NCBI GenBank assembly: GCA_041946805.1
Contig: JBHGBC010000018.1
Span: forward strand, 1-54,780
Direction of reading: 5' to 3'
From: a bacterium
GTDB taxonomy: Bacteria; Hinthialibacterota; Hinthialibacteria; Hinthialibacterales; Hinthialibacteraceae
Length of the DNA stretch: 54,780 nucleotides
The notes under the pieces were generated by a model. It made no database searches. It was not told where the DNA came from and saw only the letters and a list, made by a program, of their open reading frames with translations. This document shows, piece after piece, positions 1-8,569 of the stretch (the stretch's first letter is position 1; every line of letters begins with the position of its first letter). A program made the translations under genes and the position numbers.

Positions 1-135
1 TATCCATCGAAAATAAGCAAGAATTATACGTCATCGTATTTATGAAAATCAGTACTAAGCCATCCCATGAAGGGACTCATTTGGTTGTGCGGGGTAGAAG
101 CATAATACGAAAAGTCATACCGAGGTGAAAAGGTA

Positions 136-172
136 TTCCCTCACCCTGGCCCTCTCCCAGAGGGAGAGGGAA
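136..172 (+). repeat. Palindromic repeat family A (TTCCCTCACCCTGGCCCTCTCCCAGAGGGAGAGGGAA)
   Basis: Contains hairpin CCCTCTCCC-AGA-GGGAGAGGG; related copies recur about 10 times in intergenic gaps of this window. Confidence 0.9.
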
Positions 173-201
173 CATATCCAGCAACCATCACTGGTTTTGG
201 C

Positions 202-1323
202 TTAAACATACCCAATCCCATACCAGACCAGGGGAATAGGGAACAGGCGGTTTAACACATTATATAATTTTGAGTCTTTCGATACCTTGGAGGCCAGGAA
301 ATCTTCCCCCGCCTGGCCGAAAAACAGCAAAGCCAGTTCACCTCCATGGGCCAATTCGATTTTCTCGCCATCGAACGCGATGATGGCGCGCTGTTCTTCC
401 GCCTCGATCTGTAATTTCTCCAGGCAGGCTTCCCCCACCCGTTCGGCCAGGTAAGGACGCGCCCGTTCCAGGAACCGGCGGGCATGAATGACCAGCACCG
501 TCCCGTCAAAACGGCGGTAATTCTGGATCCGTGACCGCCAGGCCAGGGGCAAAAGAGTCTTCGTCGAGGGAATGTAGGTCAAGGAATCCACCGCGTAATG
601 GTTCAACCACCAAGCCGCCGCGTGTTCCAAGGCATCCGGATGTCCCGCCCAATCGAGCAGAAGCAGACCATTCTCGGGCCGATGGATGATTCCACATCCC
701 ACCGCCTCCCGGCCGTCCCGCACGATCCACCAATCCGAAGGCTTGTCCATCACCCATTTTGATGCAAACAGCGCTTCCAGGTCCTCCCGGGGAAGCAGGT
801 AACGGGTCGGCAAGGAAGCCCACAAAGCCGTCATGTCAGAGAGATCGGCAGGTTGCATCCCGCATATTGACAGGTGGCTGGATAGTTTGGCATCGCCGGA
901 GTCAATCTGAACCACGGGATAACAGCCGCAATCCACCGCGTGCATCCGCCTGTAGACGCCTAAGTCACCGGAAATCAGCATGACATCCGCACCTTGGGCC
1001 CCGCTGCGCTTCACCGCATCGTCCATCAGGATGGAAGCCAATCCGTGTCCCCGGGCATCCGGATGCGTGGCCACGGCCCCGATGCCCGCCTCCCATGTAT
1101 GGATTCCACCCAGCACCACCGGCCGCACGGAGGTGGACACATGCGAGACGATCCGGCCTTTTTGTTTGATGACACGAACGTTTTCACGGTTGTTCATACC
1201 CACATGGCGGGAATATTCATAACCCATATCTCCCCCATGGGGACGGAAAACCAGGTTCAACAAGGCGATCAACTCAGGCAAATCCGCGGCGGTGATGGAG
1301 ACGGGACCTTCATAATCTGCCAT
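202..1323 (-). CDS. GNAT family N-acetyltransferase (Eis-like)
   Basis: Acetyl-CoA motif A GIGAVATHPDARGHGLASILM; about 370 aa fits a tandem-GNAT Eis-type architecture; start taken at MADYEG (1323) rather than 1389. Confidence 0.8.
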   Translation of the reverse strand: MADYEGPVSITAADLPELIALLNLVFRPHGGDMGYEYSRHVGMNNRENVRVIKQKGRIVSHVSTSVRPVVLGGIHTWEAGIGAVATHPDARGHGLASILMDDAVKRSGAQGADVMLISGDLGVYRRMHAVDCGCYPVVQIDSGDAKLSSHLSICGMQPADLSDMTALWASLPTRYLLPREDLEALFASKWVMDKPSDWWIVRDGREAVGCGIIHRPENGLLLLDWAGHPDALEHAAAWWLNHYAVDSLTYIPSTKTLLPLAWRSRIQNYRRFDGTVLVIHARRFLERARPYLAERVGEACLEKLQIEAEEQRAIIAFDGEKIELAHGGELALLFFGQAGEDFLASKVSKDSKLYNVLNRLFPIPLVWYGIGYV

Positions 1324-1390
1324 GGCCGGAACCTTCTTTCTCGAAAGAATAAAGATATGGGATCCCCGTTCAGCGGAGATCCGGAGCATT

Positions 1391-1545
1391 TTGCCCAGGG
1401 TTGAAATCCTAGGCTGCTACAAGGCCGTCCCCTGAAGGGGACTTATCTTATTGATTAGCCTAGGTTTATGCATTTAAATGCAAAGTAATGGTGAAGCGCA
1501 AGGCCTTCCCTCACCCTGGCCCTCTCTCAGAGGGAGTAAAGGGAT
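1391..1545 (+). repeat. Composite repeat module: family B hairpin (CCCAGGGTTGAAATCCTAGGCT...GTCCCCTGAAGGGGAC) + ~60 nt + family A
   Basis: Same order and similar spacing as the module at 34969-35114. Confidence 0.8.
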
Positions 1546-1567
1546 TGAAGATCTGGCAAATAAATAG

Positions 1568-1598
1568 AAAAAGGGGCAAGATCCGAAGATCCTGCCCC
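1568..1598 (-). terminator. Rho-independent terminator of the S-layer-like gene
   Basis: Minus strand GGGGCAGGATC-TTCG-GATCTTGCCCC-TTTTT: 11-bp stem, cUUCGg loop, U tract, ~25 nt after the stop codon. Confidence 0.9.
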
Positions 1599-1621
1599 CG
1601 AGAATACCATCTTATACTTTG

Positions 1622-3307
1622 TTAAAGACCCAGCAGGCCCGCATCAAAGTATTCGGCCTTGTCATCCACGATCCGAATGGCAACGTCATCCACATTGGCG
1701 TCGAAGCCAGCAGCCTGAACGAGCACATAGTTCATTCCGGCATTGGCAACGGTCGCCACGGCGTTGACTTTCACCCACGAATCGGTCGGAATCGAGGCGC
1801 CCGCGACGAAGGAGTGGGACGTAGTCGCCACACCATCCGTCACAACCAGAGCGAAAGCCGCGCCCGCGTCAGCATCGCCGACACGCTGGACAAAGCATTC
1901 CGCCACGTTGGTGCCCTTCGCGAGGGTCGGCATGATAAAGGCATTGGCGATCTTGCCTTTGCCCGGGAGAGACATGCTCCCCGCACCCGCGGCCGAAGTG
2001 AAGTGGTTCGCCGTGCTCGCGGCGGGACCCACGGTATTCGGATCAGCCAACAGGTTACCATTCCAGCCCGTGATGGAGGCCAGACTGCCATCCACGCCCA
2101 GAGCCAGGACCGCGTTCGGATCCAGAGCGTAATCGACCACCGCGCCCGCGCGTACAACCTTCATGTTGGACACGGTTACGGTAGCGGCCGCCGCACTCCC
2201 ATTGAACACCTGCACGGCGGGAACCACGTTCCCGGTCAGAGTGACAAAGGAGATGGCGAGGTTCTTGGTCACGTTCGCTTCGAGGTTCGCTCCCGACGGG
2301 TTCGTGAACTTTGTGTCCGCGCCCAACGCGCCGTCAAAGGCTACCAGCGCCAAGTTGACGCCCGCGTTGTTGGTGTTGTAATCGGCCACCAGAGAGACCG
2401 AATCACCAGCCGCGCCCGCGGCCACCGGAGTCGTCGAGGCGATCAACACGCCTTGACCCGCGGCCACCGTAAACGTGGCGGCGCCGTTCGCAAACGCTAC
2501 CGCGCCTTGAGGAGCCGTCCCGGCCGGCATGGCGAGCCACGTGGCGTCCATGGCCACGGCCGTCGCTTGCGCCGCAACGAGGTTCGCGCCATCCGCGCCT
2601 TCACCCGACTGCGCGCCCAGGCTGACGATCCAGGTTCCCGCGAAATTCGCGCCCGCGGCGAGGCTGTAGGTGCCGTCCGCGTTCAGCGTGGCGGTCAAGC
2701 CGTTCGCACTCGCACTGCCAGCGCCCGTGGCTACCACGGTCCGGGCGACTTGACGCAAACCCGTCTCCGCGTACGTCATCTGGACCGATCCAATGGTCGC
2801 GATGAGGGCCGCGGCGCCAGTCGCTCCACCGCCCGTGCCACCACCACCGCCTTGCGGCAGGTTGGTGAGAGCCACAGCCGAATTCACCGTCGTGCCGGGA
2901 ACCAGGGCGTTGAAGAAGATGTTCCCGCCGGCCAAGCCGGGAATACGGTTGTTGTTATCAACCGCCGGCTTGTTGCCGATCGCGAAGGAACTCACCTGGA
3001 CGACGCTCTCCGTGGTAGCGGAGCCGGCGCCCGACGTCGCGGTGAACTTCGCCACCGAACGGCCGGGAGTCGCGCTGCCGAATACCGAGACCATGCTGCC
3101 ATTGATCGTGCCGCCTTCGGCTGTGTAGGTAAGGGTACCCGTCACAGCGTCAAAGAAGTTGGCCAGGTCAAATGTCGCAGTGGCTCCCGGAGCGATACGG
3201 AGATCCGGGGTGTCATTCGCCACCACGGTCGCAGCATGAACAGGGGCTGCCACCAAGCCTAGGAGTGCCGCCAGGCCTACAATTGTTAGAACCGGCATTT
3301 TTCTCAT
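1622..3307 (-). CDS. Secreted Ala/Gly/Thr/Val-rich protein, probable S-layer or major surface protein
   Basis: Sec signal peptide MRKMPVLTIVGLAALLGLVAAPVHA; small-residue-rich, beta-strand-like composition; Gly linker; strong SD (AAAGGGGGG); own promoter and terminator. Confidence 0.65.
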   Translation of the reverse strand: MRKMPVLTIVGLAALLGLVAAPVHAATVVANDTPDLRIAPGATATFDLANFFDAVTGTLTYTAEGGTINGSMVSVFGSATPGRSVAKFTATSGAGSATTESVVQVSSFAIGNKPAVDNNNRIPGLAGGNIFFNALVPGTTVNSAVALTNLPQGGGGGTGGGATGAAALIATIGSVQMTYAETGLRQVARTVVATGAGSASANGLTATLNADGTYSLAAGANFAGTWIVSLGAQSGEGADGANLVAAQATAVAMDATWLAMPAGTAPQGAVAFANGAATFTVAAGQGVLIASTTPVAAGAAGDSVSLVADYNTNNAGVNLALVAFDGALGADTKFTNPSGANLEANVTKNLAISFVTLTGNVVPAVQVFNGSAAAATVTVSNMKVVRAGAVVDYALDPNAVLALGVDGSLASITGWNGNLLADPNTVGPAASTANHFTSAAGAGSMSLPGKGKIANAFIMPTLAKGTNVAECFVQRVGDADAGAAFALVVTDGVATTSHSFVAGASIPTDSWVKVNAVATVANAGMNYVLVQAAGFDANVDDVAIRIVDDKAEYFDAGLLGL

Positions 3308-3504
3308 TCGGTATGTCCCCCCTTTCTAGGGTTTTGATTTTTTTTATGGTGAAAATCACCATTTTCTAGAGGAGCAAATGAGTCAAATGTCAGTTCTCCC
3401 TCCCTTCTGTCTTCCGGCTTTTCACCATGAGCGCTTCATCCACTTTCCGATTGAATTCCTGTTTTTTCAACAAGTAACACCTTTTTCGGCCAGCCTTTAA
3501 CTCC

Positions 3505-3533
3505 ACTATATAAAAACCCGGACGCCTTGTCAA
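3505..3533 (-). promoter_or_regulatory. Near-consensus sigma70 promoter TTGACA-N17-TATAGT
   Basis: Read directly on the minus strand about 200 nt upstream of the 3307 start codon. Confidence 0.8.
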
Positions 3534-3571
3534 CCCTATTTCCGTGAAAACCGCCGCATGGGCCATCCGGA

Positions 3572-4465
3572 CTAAATCCACTTCTTTTCTCGATTCCGCA
3601 CCACCATAACATACCGGCCTACATAGTATAGTCCACACAGCAAATAAATATTCAAAAAATTTCCCCACCCAAGGTAGGGGAACCGGCGTAAAAAGGCAAG
3701 GGGACTTCCCAAAATGTTCCATTGCGTCCAGAGAAAGCGCCGCAATCCCCAATTTTTCAGGACGAAATTCATCCGCAAACGCTCATGATAGTAGTGAAAC
3801 TCGATCTTGCCCCGCGGGGTGCGTCCGGGCTCCGCATAATGATGGAGGATCTTCACCGCCGGATCCACATGCAACCCATATCCCCGCTTGCGCAGGCGTT
3901 CGCAGAGGTCGGCGTCCTCATACAAATAAAAAAAATATTCGTCGAATCCGCCGATTTCCCGCAAGGCGGAGATCCGGTACAGGGAAAAACAAGTGGACAG
4001 GACCGGCGGATCGGGCTTGGCGGCCAGCGAAGCGGCGGGATCATGGTTCCCCGTCCAGTCCATGCAGGGCGACCAACACCAGAGTTGTCGCATTTCTTCA
4101 TCCGAGTAATAAACACCGGCCGCGCCCGCCGTTTGGGGGTGATCTTCGAGATATCGAACCAGGGAACGCAAGGCCCCGGGGGTCCGCAGTTCGGCATCGG
4201 AATCCATGAAGAGGGCGTAGACTCCGGTGGCCGCGCGCAATCCCTGGTTGCGGGCGGCGGCCGCGCCAAGGTTGGTTGCATTTTCGATCAACCGGAGATC
4301 GCCGCGCGACCGCAACCAGGGCAGCGAATCATCGGTGGAGCCGTTGTCCACGACGATGATCTCCAGATCGCCGTATTGCTGGTCCAAAAGGGATTGGATG
4401 GCTTTTTCCAGGTACGCCCGGCGGTTCCAACTGACCAGGACGGCGGAAAGACGCGGTGGTGTCAT
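3572..4465 (-). CDS. Glycosyltransferase family 2
   Basis: LSAVLVSWN, IIVVDNGSTD, AARNQG, FMDSD (DxD), GGFDEYFFYLYEDADL; start at MTPPRL. Confidence 0.92.
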   Translation of the reverse strand: MTPPRLSAVLVSWNRRAYLEKAIQSLLDQQYGDLEIIVVDNGSTDDSLPWLRSRGDLRLIENATNLGAAAARNQGLRAATGVYALFMDSDAELRTPGALRSLVRYLEDHPQTAGAAGVYYSDEEMRQLWCWSPCMDWTGNHDPAASLAAKPDPPVLSTCFSLYRISALREIGGFDEYFFYLYEDADLCERLRKRGYGLHVDPAVKILHHYAEPGRTPRGKIEFHYYHERLRMNFVLKNWGLRRFLWTQWNILGSPLAFLRRFPYLGWGNFLNIYLLCGLYYVGRYVMVVRNREKKWI

Positions 4466-4485
4466 CGAGATGGCCTGTCCTTCGT

Positions 4486-5595
4486 TCAGGAAGCCGCCGG
4501 AGGGGAAGCCGGGCGGCCGGCGCGTTGTTCTTCCCATTCCTGGAGGCTGGTGAGCACGAAACAACTATGCGTGCAGGAGCAGTTCTGGATTTGATTCCGG
4601 CGGATTTGCGCCTCCGGGGAGTTCCAGAGCCGCGGCAAATCGTAATCATAATCGGCGAGCCGGGCGAAGGGGGTGGTGAATTCGCAAGCGGCCACCGAGC
4701 CGTCGCTGTAGACCACGGCCGCCGTGCGTCCGGCGGAGAGGCAGTAGAAGGGAGCGGGGCGGCCCAGGTAGAGGCCGACCTGCACTTCCAACTGGCGGAC
4801 GCACTGGTCGAACCGCGAGCCTTCGCGGGCGTTCACCCGGCGGACCCGCTCGAGGATGGATTCCAGTTCCTCCCGGGGAGGCAGGTCGCACTCGCGGGGA
4901 TCTTCTTCCTGACGGATGGCTTCGGGAATGTCCCAGGTGGAGAAGCTGGCGCCGCGCACCAGGTCGTAGGTGTGTTCGACGCCGATCCGGTCCCAGAGAA
5001 TCCCGGCCAACGCTTCGATTTCGTGGTAGTTGTTTTTGTTGATGTTGGTCAGCACCACCACCCGGAAAAAGGGATGCTCGCGGGTCAGTTCCACGAGCCG
5101 TTTCAGGTTGCGGGTGATTTTAGTGAAACTGCCCGGCATGCGGCGGACGCGGTCGTGGGTATCGGCCAGGCCGTCGATGCTGACCTGGTACGTCAAATAA
5201 TGCTGATACGCGCGGGCGAGACCGCGGACGGCCAAGTCTTCCATGCGCTCCATCAGCAGGCCGTTGGTGTTGATTTGGACGTGATGGGCATGGTTGTCCC
5301 GGAAGAATGTCTCCACGATGTCATGCAGGTCGTTGCGCAAAAAGGGTTCGCCGCCGGTCATGGCCACGGTGCGCAAGGGCCACGCGGTCCGGGCGATGGA
5401 CTGGATTTCCGCCAGCGTCATTTCCGGGCCGGGATCGTCGATCCGCTGCCAGAACATGCAATGGTCGCAGCGCATGTTGCAACGGTCGGTCACGAACAGG
5501 ATCAGATCCTTGACGCGCGGTTCGGGGTAGGTCCCCCGGGGGTCCACCGGCGCGGGGTGAAACCATTGGAACAATTTGGGCAATCGAATCGCCAT
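4486..5595 (-). CDS. Radical SAM protein with C-terminal SPASM/twitch-like domain
   Basis: CNMRCDHC (CxxxCxxC), TGGEPFLR, TNG, VSIDG; C-terminal CLSAG...DGSVAACE...CSCTHSC. Confidence 0.92.
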   Translation of the reverse strand: MAIRLPKLFQWFHPAPVDPRGTYPEPRVKDLILFVTDRCNMRCDHCMFWQRIDDPGPEMTLAEIQSIARTAWPLRTVAMTGGEPFLRNDLHDIVETFFRDNHAHHVQINTNGLLMERMEDLAVRGLARAYQHYLTYQVSIDGLADTHDRVRRMPGSFTKITRNLKRLVELTREHPFFRVVVLTNINKNNYHEIEALAGILWDRIGVEHTYDLVRGASFSTWDIPEAIRQEEDPRECDLPPREELESILERVRRVNAREGSRFDQCVRQLEVQVGLYLGRPAPFYCLSAGRTAAVVYSDGSVAACEFTTPFARLADYDYDLPRLWNSPEAQIRRNQIQNCSCTHSCFVLTSLQEWEEQRAGRPASPPAAS

Positions 5596-5771
5596 ACCGC
5601 CACCCTTGCCAAATACGACAGATGTCCTTCATTATAAACATCCGGTTCGGCTTACCGAACCGATCACCCGGCCGCATGCTTCGAGCCGTAACAAGCCCCG
5701 GCCCGCGGAAAAGGACAAACCGCCCGGAAATACCTCCGTGGAAACGGACGACGATATCATAGCAGAGCCTC

Positions 5772-8240
5772 ATGTCCAGGCAACGGTATGACTCCCACGA
5801 GTCCGCTCCGCCGCTTCCCCGCCCCATGGTCAAATTGGTCCTGGCGTTAATGAGCGGGATCGTCTACGCGCGCTATTTCCCTGTTTCGCTATCCTTCTCC
5901 GTGATTCTCATGCTGATTCTGATTCTGATATGGGTGACCACGTTCCGGAAAGGGCTGCTGGGTCCCCGCCAGGCCGTGCATTGGGGCATGGCCCTGGCGC
6001 TGACCGGGCTGTTGGGAGCGGTTCGCATGGAGGCGTTGCTGCTCTCCTGGCGCGCCTTGTCCCTGGAAGTGGAAGCGCAGGGACAAGCGGGCGTTCAGGG
6101 CATTTCGGGCACCGTGGATGAAGTTCATGTGTACGAGACAGGCCAGGCGGCCGTGATTCTGGCCAACGTGCGGTTGGAGCAAGCGCGGCAAGTACGGATT
6201 TTCCCGGGAAAAGTGGAAATCACGGGATCCGCCGGAACACTGGCATCCTTACGGCCTGGAGACCCGTTGCGCGCCACGGGAATCCTCTATCCGATCCGCG
6301 GTTCCCGGCTCCCAGGCGGTTTCAACCGGCAACAATACCAGTATTCGTTGGAGATTTTCGCCAGTATGCCGATCCGCGCGGATACACCCCTGGTCCGGAG
6401 CGCGCCGGCCGGTTGGAGTCCCGCGCGCGGTTTCGCCTATGCGGCCATGGACGCGATCCAGGAGCGGTTGAACGCCCGGATTCCGCCCGCCGGGGAAGAA
6501 GTGGCCGCGCTGCTCGGCTCGATTTGTTTTGGATTGCGTTCCGGCATGCCGGCGCGCCTGCGGGAAGCGCTGTCGGTGTCGGGTCTGGCGCATGTGACCT
6601 CGATCAGCGGCCTGCACGTGAGTCTGGTGATCTTCGGTCTGGGTTATGGCTTGAAGCGTATCGGATGCAAGCGCCGTCTGTCCGCGGTGGTGACAGCCGG
6701 CTTATCCATATTCTATGTGTTGATGGTGGGGGCCAGCATACCCACTCTGCGGGCGGTGCTGATGGCGTTCGTGTTTCTAGGCGGGTATTTTACCGAACGG
6801 CGCATCGATCCCATGAATACACTCGCCTTGGCGGCTTTTTTGTTATTGCTGCTGTATCCAGTGGAATTGTTTCTCCCTTCCTTCCAACTCTCCTTCACGG
6901 CGGTTTGGATTTTAATCCTGATGAAACCTTGGGACCGGTTCCTGGCCCAACGGATCCGGTTTCAATCCCTGGCCTGGCTGATCCGGGCTTCGCTGGCCTC
7001 GGCCGCGGTGTCCATCGGCATGGCCCCCCTGACCATCACCTATTTTCAGGTCTGGGGCTGGGGGGCGATTCCCGGCAACCTGGCGGCCATTCCCATCACC
7101 AATTTTTTGATGCCCATCACCTATGCGTGGGCTCTTTCGCTGACGATGCCGGTTCCGCTTTTCTCGCGGATTATGGAGAACGGTGCGGTTATCTTGGCCG
7201 AGGGATTGCTGAGGACAATCTATTCCTGTTCCAATCCCGATCTTTTCAAATGGGAAATCGCGTTTCCCTGCCTGATGATCCCGGCTGCCTTGTTTTTTGC
7301 ATTCATTCTGATGACACGCCCGGGATTGAGTCTGTTTCAACTCCAAAACCTGTCCATCCGGGCCGGTCATGCCGCGCTGGCCTTGTTGGGCGTGGCGGTC
7401 TGGATGCTGCCGCTTACCAGGATTCCGCATCCGCTGCGGATCGACTTTCTCGGCCTTGGCCAGGGGGATTGCAGCGTGATTCAAACTCCCGGCGGCCGGG
7501 TGATCCTGATCGACGGCGGACCGCCGGAACAGAACCGGGAGGACGCCGCCGCTCCCGCCCTGGCCGAGTATCTGGCGTCCCAAGGGATATCCCGTATCGA
7601 CCTCGTCATCCTGAGCCATCCCGAGGAAGACCACATCGGGGAGTTGCAGGCCGTGGCGCATCGGTATCCCATTGCCTTGGTCCTGGAAGGCTGCCGAAAT
7701 CAGCCAACGCGCGCCTATCAAGAATTTATAGAACTGCTGGAGAAAAAACGCATCCCTCGTGATGTGGCCCGGCAGGGAACGCGCATCGACGTGGAGCCGG
7801 GAATCACCGGGTGGGTGCTGCATCCGGATGAAAAATCCATCAGCATGCGGGAGGAGGTTAACGAGTTATCCGTCGTGCTGCTTTTGCAATTCCAAAACTT
7901 GTCATTCCTGTTTCCCGGAGACGTTTCACAAAAAATCGAGGAACGGCTATGTGAATCGTACGAGAATTGGGATGTGGACGTGCTCAAGGTCCCTCATCAC
8001 GGCAGCCGCTATTCCACCAGCGCCCGCCTTTTATCGGAAATCCGGCCGGAATTCGCCATCATTCACGCGGGACGCAACCGCTACGGCCATCCTCATCCGG
8101 AAACGCTGGAGCGCCTGCGGAACACGGGAGCCACCGTTTTACGCACTGATTATGACGGTACGGTGAGCCTGCTCTCCTGGGGATCGGGCTTTCAAATCCA
8201 CACCACCGGCAGCAACCGGGTGTTCCGGTACCGGCCATAA
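5772..8240 (+). CDS. comEC: DNA internalization competence protein ComEC/Rec2
   Basis: GLAHVTSISGLH and SFQLSF in the membrane domain; C-terminal metallo-beta-lactamase domain (LGQGDC, SHPEEDH, KVPHHGS, NRYGHPH, RTD). Confidence 0.95.
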   Translation: MSRQRYDSHESAPPLPRPMVKLVLALMSGIVYARYFPVSLSFSVILMLILILIWVTTFRKGLLGPRQAVHWGMALALTGLLGAVRMEALLLSWRALSLEVEAQGQAGVQGISGTVDEVHVYETGQAAVILANVRLEQARQVRIFPGKVEITGSAGTLASLRPGDPLRATGILYPIRGSRLPGGFNRQQYQYSLEIFASMPIRADTPLVRSAPAGWSPARGFAYAAMDAIQERLNARIPPAGEEVAALLGSICFGLRSGMPARLREALSVSGLAHVTSISGLHVSLVIFGLGYGLKRIGCKRRLSAVVTAGLSIFYVLMVGASIPTLRAVLMAFVFLGGYFTERRIDPMNTLALAAFLLLLLYPVELFLPSFQLSFTAVWILILMKPWDRFLAQRIRFQSLAWLIRASLASAAVSIGMAPLTITYFQVWGWGAIPGNLAAIPITNFLMPITYAWALSLTMPVPLFSRIMENGAVILAEGLLRTIYSCSNPDLFKWEIAFPCLMIPAALFFAFILMTRPGLSLFQLQNLSIRAGHAALALLGVAVWMLPLTRIPHPLRIDFLGLGQGDCSVIQTPGGRVILIDGGPPEQNREDAAAPALAEYLASQGISRIDLVILSHPEEDHIGELQAVAHRYPIALVLEGCRNQPTRAYQEFIELLEKKRIPRDVARQGTRIDVEPGITGWVLHPDEKSISMREEVNELSVVLLLQFQNLSFLFPGDVSQKIEERLCESYENWDVDVLKVPHHGSRYSTSARLLSEIRPEFAIIHAGRNRYGHPHPETLERLRNTGATVLRTDYDGTVSLLSWGSGFQIHTTGSNRVFRYRP

Positions 8241-8275
8241 TCCCCATTTCGAGCCTTTGATCCGGATCTCAATGA

Positions 8276-8534
8276 TTCACCGCCGAGACGTAGTGAACGC
8301 ATAGAATGTCATGCCCGTGAAAATTTTAAGGGAAATCGAAGGATTTTTTCCCGATTCATACCCAAAGCGAACAAAAGGGAAACATCCTGTATGGAAAAAA
8401 AGGCGGACACAAAGGTCCGCCCCATTTTTTGATTCATTCATTTTTGACGTCATCCCCGCGAAAACGGGGATCCGGGATCACCCCGGCCGAGGATTGAAAC
8501 CCTCGGCTGCTTTAGGCGGCCCCTTGAAAGGGGC
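8276..8534. repeat. Intergenic mosaic of several palindromic repeat families between convergent genes
   Basis: GGCGGACACAAAGGTCCGCC (8402-8421, similar to 54721), GTCATCCCCGCGAAAACGGGGATCC (8449-8473), family B GCCGAGGATTGAAACCCTCGGC plus GCCCCTTGAAAGGGGC (8486-8534). Confidence 0.75.
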
Positions 8535-8569
8535 GCGAAATCATCTCCCCGTTCCCGGCGCCTCCGTGA

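Noticed and set aside
1619..3262. 547-aa Arg-rich ORF antisense to the S-layer-like gene
   Set aside because: Mirror of the biased real gene; the minus-strand ORF has the signal peptide, SD, promoter and terminator
4486..5595. Radical SAM gene as the missing AmrS of the AmmeMemoRadiSam system
   Set aside because: It lacks the N-terminal Cys-rich region of AmrS, has a SPASM/twitch-like tail, is coupled to a GT2 gene and lies 7 kb away
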